A stretch of 64,000 bases of DNA. Origin: Eremomyces bilateralis CBS 781.70 (taxonomy: Eukaryota). Below are positions 1 through 9,882 of this stretch, piece after piece. Position 1 is the stretch's first letter. Every line of letters starts with the position of its first letter. The DNA is taken from NCBI GenBank assembly GCA_010015585.1, contig ML975160.1; one strand, written 5' to 3'. The position numbers were made by a program, and so were the translations under genes. The notes under the pieces are model-generated. The model had not been told where the DNA came from. It saw only the letters and a program-made list of their open reading frames with translations, and searched no databases.

Positions 1-1
1 G

Positions 2-867
2 GCCCTCTCCAAGTCCCCCAACAAGCACAATCGTCTGTACATGACCGCGCAGCCCCTCGACGAGGAGGTCTCCAAGGACATCGAGTCCGGCAAGATCGGA
101 CCGCGCGACGACTTCAAGGCGCGCGCACGCATCCTCGCCGACGACCACGGCTGGGACGTCACCGACGCACGCAAGATCTGGTGCTTCGGCCCTGACACCA
201 ACGGCGCCAATCTCCTCGTCGACCAGACCAAGGCCGTCCAGTACCTCAACGAAATCAAGGACTCCGTCGTCTCCGGTTTCCAGTGGGCCACCAAGGAAGG
301 TCCCGTCGCTGAGGAGCCCATGCGCTCCGTCCGCTTCAACATCATGGACGTCACTCTGCACGCCGACGCCATCCATCGCGGCGGTGGACAAATCATCCCG
401 ACCGCCCGTCGCGCACTCTACGCCGCAGCGCTCCTCGCCGAGCCCTCGCTGCTCGAGCCCGTCTACCTTGTTGAGATCCAGGTCCCCGAGCAAGCCATGG
501 GCGGCATCTACGGCGTGCTCACCCGCAAGCGCGGCCACGTCTTCGAGGAGGCCCAGCGTCCCGGCACCCCGCTGTTCAACGTCAAGGCGTACCTCCCCGT
601 CAAGGAGTCGTTCGGATTCACCGCCGACCTGCGCGCCGCCACCAGTGGCCAGGCGTTCCCGCAGTCCGTGTTCGATCATTGGCAGGTGCTGCCGGGTGGA
701 TCGCCGCTCGACCGGACGACGCTGCCGGGTCAGGTTGTGGAGGAGATGCGCAAGAGGAAGGGAATCAAGGTCGAAGTTCCGGGTGTCGAGAACGTAAGTT
801 ATCCCACGTCATCCATGCCTCATGAAACCACCACTAACCATCATCGCAGTACTACGACAAGTTGTAA
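2..867 (+). CDS. EFT2: Translation elongation factor 2, 3' part (5' end outside window)
   Basis: [27 protein letters not shown] (diphthamide His), [23 protein letters not shown]. Intron 794-849 (GTAAGT..CTAAC..CAG) joins ENYYDKL* (850-867). Confidence 0.98.
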
Positions 868-1227
868 ACGCTTTCCAACGATGCATATCCACTTTCTTTG
901 TTATCAAACAAACCAAATACACGCATCCCAAAATCATCGTGATGAGACGCTTGTCGTGAGGAGTCGGCCGGATGAAATCAAAACGCCGTGGTCGGTGGTG
1001 GGTGAGGGGTAGATTGGGAGGGATGGATGGACCGACGACGAATGCATGCTGATGGTCGACGTATCTCTCTTTATGGTAGACCGGACGTATCTCCTTGCTG
1101 TTCTGTTTTGATAGCCGAATTACATCGTTTGCAATCATTGCAGGCTCTCGTCTGTCTGGTCCATGTGATGATATATGTGTAGCATCTTGTCCTGCATCGT
1201 GATATCCTAGAGCCAGAGAGCATCAAG

Positions 1228-2428
1228 ATGTTCTGCACATCTGATCGTATCGCCACCTCCGCCGCCCCTCTTAGTCATCCAGACATCACCCTACCTCCCA
1301 GCACATGCACTGATGCACTTGCTGCGCTGTTATGCTCAACTCCACCAAAACGCTGGCCGCAAGTCCTGTTTACAACATTTCACTGCAAGTTTTTGATCAT
1401 TGTCCCGAGAGTCAACATTGTGGGCGCGATAGAAGAAAATATTCGTTGGAGTACCGCGACGATAGCCAAGGCACCTTCGAGCAGAGGATTCATCTTGGAC
1501 TCTTTTCCCTGTCCTCCCCAGCAGGATGCTCTTGTCATTACCAAAGATGTCCGAGATTTGGCCCGAAGGCTTTCATATGCCAATCCAGACCTGCATGGGC
1601 TCCTCATGTGTAAAGGTGTCCTCAAGACAGAGGACCCAATCACCAAGGCTTCTCTCTTGTTCACGTTCGTTTTCAAACTGCCCGAGAGCTACACAGATGT
1701 GCGCAGTCTCCGGAGTCTCTTGACAGATGCCAGTCCCAACCATTCTCTCTCTGCCAGATTCGAGGTTGCGAGCCAGATCGCTAGGTCCGTATGCAATGTC
1801 CGCAGCTTTGGTTTCGTTCACAAAAACCTTTCTCCCGAGACGATTCTCGTACTGGGCAACCAGAACACCTCAATAGGGGCAGCGTACCTTGTAGGGTTCG
1901 ACCGGTTTCGAACAACGCAAGGCAATACAGCACGGTTAGGGGATTCAAACTGGGAGCGGAACTTGTACCGTCATCCACGGCGACAAGGTGCAAGCCCGGA
2001 AGATATCTATATCATGCAGCATGACATCTACAGTCTGGGCATCTGCTTGCTGGAGCTTGGCTTGTGGCAGTCATTCGTGGAATATCGCGCTCTCGATGGG
2101 CTACCCCTCCGCTCGGCGGCACTGAGACTCCAAGATGGGACACCAGAAATGCAGTATCCGACTGCGCTGAAAGATCACCTCGTGGCGCTCGCACGTACAG
2201 CTCTTCCGCAGCGCATGGGTACAAAGTACACCGAGGTGGTTCAAACCTGTCTGACTTGTTTGGATCGCGAGAACGTAGACTTTGGCGATGAGCGTGAGTT
2301 TCAAGATGCGGACGGTATCCTTGTTGGGGTCAGATATATCGAAAAGGTTTGACGCCCTCATAAAATCCTCGAGGAACTCGTCTGACACAATCCAGGTTTT
2401 GATGCAATTGAGTCTCATCTCGGTCTAG
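1228..2428 (+). CDS. Fungal kinase-like (pseudokinase) protein of the type usually fused to HeLo/Het-s N-terminal domains; appears N-terminally truncated
   Basis: DVRDLARRL, GLLMCKGV, FVHKNLSPETIL, LVGFDRFR, NLYRHPRRQG, HDIYSLGICLLELGLW. Intron 2347-2395 restores the C-terminus YIEKVLMQLSLISV*. Confidence 0.7.
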
Positions 2429-2815
2429 CTTATGAAAGCTACAATTCATCACGATCGAGCGATAGACTGAAAGAATGACACGCTGAAAACAACCGATGGG
2501 CAACAGAATGCCAGGGCGAACAAAACAACATTTGCATTTTCATATGTTCAGTTTCATACTGAGGAAGATTAGAGAACAACGCTTTCGAATGACGACAGAC
2601 TAGACTCGTAATCCAAATAGTTATTGTGATCATTCGGAAGGTAACATTAGTAGCACCTAGCACCTTGATCACTAAAGCTTTAACGTGCATTTTTGATCAC
2701 GTTGGAGCTTTCAGCTATGGTAAACGAATATCGCCCTTAACCTAGACGACGAAGGAGGCGACTGAATGAGTGAAGCAGAAGTGCAGGACATGTATGTAAA
2801 AAGAAAAAAATTGTC

Positions 2816-2898
2816 AACCCACGGCGGGATTCGAACCCGCAGCCTTGAGATTCCTTGTTATAAGAGTCTCACGCGCTAACCAATTGTGCCACGCAGGC
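2816..2898 (-). tRNA. tRNA-Lys(CTT) with 9-nt intron
   Basis: Minus strand: GCCTGCG TG GCACAATTGGTTAGCGC G TGAGA CT-CTT-A [TAACAAGGA] A TCTCA AGGCT GCGGG TTCGAAT CCCGC CGTGGGT T, followed by an oligo-T Pol III terminator. Confidence 0.93.
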
Positions 2899-3367
2899 GA
2901 ATTGAGATGGAAGAAAATCATAGGAAACAAATTTGAGGAAGTTCGGTATTAACTATCCGTATTTCCGTAACTAAGTTATCCATATATTTTTGTATCTAGT
3001 TTCACGTGACCATTGACGTGGTGGCACCAGCCTCAATTTGTGGCGCAACTTTTCACCTCAACCAGCACCGAAATGAGGATGATCCGCTGTTTGTTGAACT
3101 TCGATTATGGTAAAGAACGCGTCTTGAAGTCTAATTGTTGAACTTTCTAGCTGCTGCTACACTTACAAAACCTGCCTAGCGATTTACCGAAACCAAGCCA
3201 CAATTCATTGGACCGGTGTGTTCCCGTACCGACTACATCGCATCGACCTATTATCACATCACTCCCATGTTTGCTGGGCAGCTCCAGTGATCTTTTGCCC
3301 CCCCATCCAGAGTTCCGATCGGGCGAAGAGTGCTTTAATTCGAGGGTACGGAAGAGAAGTCATCATA

Positions 3368-5862
3368 ATGCGTGTTGAAGAGGAGAACACTGCTACGCTT
3401 AAGAAGTGGATCATTAAGCGTTTAGAGGATATGTACGAGCCATGTCTCCTTGCAGCCGACTATCGACTGATTTGTTCTAGATCTGATGCCGACTCCGATG
3501 TCCTTGCAGACTATGTTCTGGCTCTGGTCAAGTCCGAAGAACCAGATGATCAAGTCAGACAGAATTGTTTGGAGAACCTCGAAGATTTCCTACACGATCG
3601 TGAGTGCTCACATCCGTTCGTCTAACTATCGGATTCCCTAATACCTCCTAGACACCGCAACGTTCGTGAACGATGTTCTCTCCGCGATTCGCACTCAATC
3701 ATACAATCCCGAAGCCCAACCTCCCTCGACTCTCTCCGCATCTGCCGCTGAATTCAACCCCCCCGCTGGCCCCTCGGGTGTTCAAAACCGCCCCGCCTCC
3801 GACCCCTTCCAAAACGGTCACAAACTTCCTGACTCTCGTAAACGCGCGTTTGGCGACCGCGAAGGCAGCATACCCCGCGATGGCCGAGATCCACATTACC
3901 ACCGCAATGGCGACCGCAATATCAAGCAGCTCCGGCGAGGTGGCTTCCGTGGCAATCTCGCCGCTGGAGGCGATGGACGTGGGCGATTTAGCAATCAACG
4001 TGGGCAAATCGGTCATTTAGGAAATCCAGCGATGCAAGGAATGCCGCCCGGTATGCAGCTGCCGGGAATGCCGTTGTTGCCTACTCCGCCAGGCTTTCCG
4101 CAGTTTGATCCCAACAACCCGCTTTCGGCGATGATGGCGATGCAGGCGTTGACGTTTGCTGGTATGCAACAACAGGGTGCACCCAACCCATTGGGCCAGG
4201 GGCAATTTGGTCAACTGGCACAAATACAGAAAAAGGGGAGGTGTAGGGAGTTCGACCAGAAAGGGTTTTGCACGTTAGGAAGCTCATGTTCGTATGAGCA
4301 CGTTGACAAGGGAGCTGATGGTAAGCATCCAGTTCTTCCTACAATGCGTTGTACTAATCAGTTGATATAGAGTATGATCCAACAAACGCATCTATAGTGA
4401 CTAACACTCACCGCCCGAACGGCACTACCTCAACTCGGGGTCAGCATGGTGGAAGAGGTCGAGGGCGAGGCGATAAGCAAGGACGAGGACGTGCTCCTTT
4501 CTCCTCCGTTGGCCCCAATTATGATCAAACCGTCACGACTATTGTCGTTGAGCAAATCCCTGAAGAGAAATTCACCGAAGAGGCCGTCCGGTCATTCTTC
4601 TCTGAATATGGCGCGGTGGAATCCATCGACATGCAACCTTACAAGCGCCTCGCACTTGTCAAGTTCTCCGATTTCGCCTCCGCTCTCCAAGCATATCAAT
4701 CTCCCAAAAGCGTCTTCGATAACCGCTTCGTGAAAGTATATTGGTACAAACCTGATGACGTTGGAATCAATGGAACGAAGGACAGCCGTCGAAGTTACCC
4801 GGATGAAATGGTAATCGACGCTACCGACATCGCCGAGAAACAAGCTGAGGCGCAGAGAGCACATGAAGAGAAGTTGAAGAAACTAGAAGAGGCGAAAGTA
4901 CAGCGTGAGGAGCTCGACCGGAAACTCCGTGCCCAGGAAGAAGAACGAAAGAAGCTCCTCGCAAAACTAGAAGCGAAGGCTGCTGCTACAGGAACTCCCG
5001 CACCAGAAGGCAGCACAGAGAAGAAAGCTGATGCGTCCACCGATGGCGTTGAGGATATGCCCAGGGTTACAAATACTGAGACCGAGGCTCTCCGTGCGAA
5101 ACTTAAGGAACTTGAGGCCGAAGCTACAAGCATGGGCATCGACCCCGAGTTGTCTATGAGTAGCCCATTCGGCTTCGGTCGCGGGGGCCCCTCATTTAGA
5201 GGGCGTGGGCCACGAGGTGGCGGCGGTTATGCTCCGCGAGGCAGGGGTTACGACCCATACCGCGGCAATTGGAGAGGCGCAGGACGAGGATATGCGGCGC
5301 CGACATACGGAGCGCCCCGCGGAGGGGTTCGACGACTTGACAATCGAACTAGAAAAGTTGCTGTCGCTGGAGTGGAATATGGAACCGAGGGGGATGAGGC
5401 TCTGCGATCGTATTTGTTCAACAATTACGAGGTGGACAGCATCGAGAAACATCCAGAGAAGGCGGATGCACAAGTTGTGACGTTCAAGGAGAGATATGTT
5501 GCGGAACAGGTACAGTCCACCCCTCTTTTCCCATCCGATCCACGCCATTCAAACTTACCTCCTTACAGTTCATCGCTGCCGGGTCCACGACTTCCATTAC
5601 CAGTCTCGGTAAGCTGGATCTCTCCTGGGTCCAACAAACCTTCCCACCTCCCACTTCTGCGCCACAAAGTACAGCCGATTCCGGTCTTCCTCGATCCGGT
5701 GCCAACCAGGTCTCCGAGACTACGAACGGGGATTCTGGGAAGGACAAGGAGTTGGATATGCCAGACTTGGAGTCTGCAGCCGCTGCGGTGGATGCGGTGG
5801 TAGGGAGATCAGAGGAATATGATCCAGATATCGCGGATGATACGGATCGGTGGATGTCGTAG
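3368..5862 (+). CDS. RBM26/27 (Rmn1)-like RNA-binding protein: PWI, CCCH zinc finger, RRM, coiled coil, RGG
   Basis: LKKWIIKRLED..SDADSDVLADYVLAL (PWI); CREFDQKGFCTLGSSCSYEH (CCCH); TIVVEQIPEE..VFDNRFVKVYW (RRM); RLDNRTRKV. Introns near 3433-3480, 3600-3651, 4321-4370 and 5510-5568; stop DRWMS* at 5862. Confidence 0.9.
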
Positions 5863-6710
5863 TCGAAAGGCTAAAGGAATGGCTATCGAAAGGAGCATAG
5901 AGGTGAGTGTAGCATTGCATTGTGGCAATAAGCGCGGCTTGCCCATGCATCGACTGTACATTAGCATTGGGACGAGCATCAGAATTGACGAAATAATAGC
6001 GGGCCATACGCTTGAATACTTCGATTTCCTATACCCTGCCAGTCCATTTCCTAACGATGCTTCCACCAACCCATTTACGGCCCATGCGTATCAAAAGCCA
6101 ATGTGCCGCTTTAGGTAATCCTACCCATAGTTGGCCTTCGGTATATGGGCTTGTACCGTCTCGCACAGTAGTTCAGTGGATCGTTGTTCTCTCGAGGAAT
6201 GAAATCAATCCAAAGCACAAATCCTACTCCCTTCCACGCTTCAGTTAAGTCCATTCCTTTACCCCCTCTACAAAAGGTATAGCCATCCTACCAATTCACG
6301 CATTATCGTAGTACCTGTTTTTACTCCTAACTACAAAAAGACATAACTAACTAGCTATTCTACTACTAATTCGTGCATTATCGGAGTACATGCTTTTGCT
6401 CCCTCTGCAATAAATCATAAGTGCTGGATATTATATCGATGAAAAATCGCTATCTTATCTCCATTATATTTTTCTACTGTTACCTGTTTTTATAATGCTC
6501 TTTACGGAATGATCGTCGTTACGTGGTCTCTGCAGCCGACACTTCCCTCATCCAAACTTTCAATATTCATAGGCCGACTGTATACAGCACGGTGTACGTA
6601 GTACATGTGTTGAGTCAAAATGGTCTAGACGTCGTTACCCATTACGGTAACACGTTGTAAACGGAAGGAGGAAGAAGAAACTCGATAGTATAAGGAGATG
6701 CTCCTTCATC

Positions 6711-6718
6711 TATAAAAG
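6711..6718 (+). promoter_or_regulatory. Candidate TATA box for the secreted chitin-binding gene
   Basis: TATAAAAG about 200 bp upstream of ATG 6913. Confidence 0.4.
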
Positions 6719-6912
6719 AGAGATGGATCTCACTCTCCGAGGTGAAAACAATCACTAAAACTTACCTTCCCTACGATCATATCTTCATGGCTCACACTTG
6801 ACAAAGCACCAGTGCTACTTGACTTCGTTCATCACTATTGCTTACTTCAACCGAATCTTAAACATCCCATCGGCTTCACCTCGCCTATCAAGTGCAAAAT
6901 CACCCTTACATC

Positions 6913-7966
6913 ATGAAATACCTCGCTTTCGCTTTCCTCATTATCGGCTCTCAAGCGGCGGCACTTCCTAATAAGGACCAGTTGGCCCCGTATGCAACCT
7001 CTCAAACGCGTAGCAAGGAAGTCTGGAACTGATGCATTGTTAGGTGGGAATTGGAGTCGCGTCAGGCGACCTTCGATTGTACCAACAAGCCCCCTGGCCT
7101 CTACACACACACCAGCGACTGTAACAAGTTTTTTCGATGTCTGACTCCGACCGCGCCGGCTAGAGAATTGGCGTGTCCCCAGGGCATGATATTCTCTTGT
7201 GCCGAAGTAGCATGTGTCCCGGGGCTACCTGTATTTCAGTGCCAACTTCATGTAACGGGGCAAGGGGTCTGCAATCGGCCGCTCGTCGACCCTCTCCCCT
7301 CCCTCTTCCCCCTTCCCCCCATTCCCCCCNNNNNNNNNNNNNNNNNNNNNNNNNNNNNNNNNNNNNNNNNNNNNNNNNNNNNNNNNNNNNNNNNNNNNNN
7401 NNNNNNNNNNNNNNNNNNNNNNNNNNNNNNNNNNNNNNNNNNNNNNNNNNNNNNNNNNNNNNNNNNNNNNNNNNNNNNNNNNNNNNNNNNNNNNNNNNNN
7501 NNNNNNNNNNNNNNNNNNNNNNNNNNNNNNNNNNNNNNNNNNNNNNNNNNNNNNNNNNNNNNNNNNNNNNNNNNNNNNNNNNNNNNNNNNNNNNNNNNNT
7601 CCCCCGATTCCCCCGATCCCCCCGATTCCCGCTTCTCAATCGGCAGCACTACCTGGTGCAGGCGAACAAATGGCCAAGCACGTACGCTCTCACCCAAGTG
7701 GCAAAGAAGTCAGGAACTAACGCATTTCTAGGCGGGAATTTAAATCACGCCGGGCGACTATGAATTGCGCCGGCAAGCGCAACGGCCTCTATGCTCACAC
7801 CACCTCCTGTGCCATGTATTTTTTATGTGTGTCTGGGAAGGCTACGGAACTTACCTGTCACTGGCCATTTATATTCAACTGCCGCATAGGTGGATGTGTC
7901 GTCGACGGAGACGTTCCGTGCGTATTCGATTCAACTGGGGAAGGAATATGCAATCTGTCACTCTAG
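6913..7966 (+). CDS. Secreted Cys-rich protein with two chitin-binding peritrophin-A/CBM14-like modules and a Pro-Pro-Ile repeat linker (spans an assembly gap)
   Basis: Signal peptide MKYLAFAFLIIGSQAAA; intron 6990-7043; module 1 CTNKPPGLYTHTSDCNKFFRC..ELACPQGMIF; (PPI)n on both sides of the N gap; intron 7678-7731; module 2 CAGKRNGLYAHTTSCAMYFLC..ELTCHWPFIF. Confidence 0.8.
7290..7630 (+). repeat. 9-bp coding tandem repeat (CCCCCGATT, Pro-Pro-Ile) flanking a 270-N gap (7330-7599)
   Basis: cccccc-att-cccccc before the gap; ccc ccg att ccc ccg atc ccc ccg att ccc after it. Confidence 0.8.
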
Positions 7967-9882
7967 TGTGCAATTTTGAAGGAGACAGGATGGTTTCGGT
8001 AGTTGAACGCGATGAATTGGCACTGTTATTCGGGCGCAACAGGAACTGGAATCCAGAATGATGACTATCTCCTTCAGACCTACATTATTTCAAAGCACAG
8101 CAAAACAGTAACCAGGTCCTAGGTAAACAACTTATTCTACGCATGCTTTGAAGCCTTGCGACCTGTGCCATTTCGTCTAAGAAAACGAAGTGACGCGCCA
8201 ATTCTGTTCCTCGGACCACTTATATGTACCTATAGATGGTAGTTACCTGTTGTATGTACAATTGGACTTTCCACAAATGAATCTGGTGCTGAGGTCTGCA
8301 AATGAAATAGCAATGAAATACACGATCAGGGGCTCGATTGACTTTTTTAGTGGCTGTCTGGACGCACGGCCCAGGGCCAGGAATCAGAATCTAAATTTGT
8401 GCTACATAGTGTAAGTGGAAGGTCGAGTAGACCGACCGGCCTAGGCCTCGGATAGTTCCGGGAAATAATCTAGATTTCTTTGCTCTAGCGAACGCTGTGA
8501 AAGAAACATGGACGGAGAGAGAACCGATTCCAAATGTTGGTATCGTAACCCGACGCCATATCTAGGATTCCCGCTCAAAACCTGATGCGCACCAGTCAGC
8601 AGAGTAGGACAACGGCCGTGTCCCGGGCGAATCCAGTGGCTTCAGTTACGGCACAACGGTAGTCCGGTCATTTTCGATAGTCCAAAGTGATACATGACCC
8701 TAAACAGTCACAGGTAGTTCCTCTTCCCCTTCATACGGTACTTACACAAGGACCCCTACCGTCGACTAATCAGTCAATTCGCTCGACCAGACGCAGCGTC
8801 TTCAAAACTGTGCTCGTCCCGCGTTTCCAGCAGCTATACCGGAAGCATCCTGTCAAACCCAAGGCCCGGTAATCCCTCAACACGCATGGGTGCACTGATG
8901 GAATTGACAATTTAGAGGTTCCTTCGGCGGAATGGAATCCTGCATTCTTGTAGGTAGATGGGTAGGATGGGATATACCCGTATCGATACTAGATATCGGC
9001 ACTGGAAACGGTGGAGGACGTGATATTGGTACTACTTCTGGGAGTCCATCAATCGAGCGTTCAAGAACACGTGGATGAACCTCTCACGACGAGCACGGGG
9101 AAGGCGGACATAGGAATATCGGGTAGGCGAAAGGATCGGTGTAGAGAACGGAATAGAACGGAACTTTTGTTGGTATCAAACCACAACCTAATCGAATCTA
9201 AGTCTCCCCCGAAGTGTGGTATGGTATCTCCCCTTTCCCCCTTTCCTCCTTTTTCTACCCACACCACGCCCTAGCCCACCACCCACGAATCAAACAAGCA
9301 AAACATCCGCAAAAAACAAACACCATTCCACCCATCCGCGATCCAGCAAAACAAAATCAAGCTCTTGGTGTGGTATAATGCAATCATGAACCCGTCCGTC
9401 CGTCCGTCGTAATTTTCTTATCTCGAGCATCAATCGAGGGGGGTATAATTTTCCCAGCGCAAGCAAAGCGACACATCAATTTTATAGCCGGTGGAAAAAA
9501 GCCGGCCGAGGGGAATTGGAGAGGAAAGGGATGAAAATGGAATGAGAAACAGAGTAGCGGGGAAGGGGCGCGGAAAGCAACGAGGTGATGATTCTCAAGC
9601 TCGCCAGGCAATGACCCTCGTCATTTCCGCTGTTTTCCACCCCTACAAAGCAAGGAACAGAAAGCAACGCAGAGCAGAGCGAACAGAAAAGCAACGGCAA
9701 AACAATAGCAAAAGCTGGGTATATTTGGGTATTTCGTGCTTTTGGTACCGTACCACCCGCGTAGTTCCCGCCCGTCATGATCTCGCATCAGAACTTTTTC
9801 ACATCCCCTCGCATCGCATGGCACGTCCACCTCCACCCACCCATCTCGCGATCCAACGGGATTTTAGGGTATGATGTATGAT

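Noticed and set aside
794..1012. Apparent C-terminal extension of EF-2 in the ORF track
   Set aside because: Read-through of the intron; splicing gives the normal YYDKL* end.
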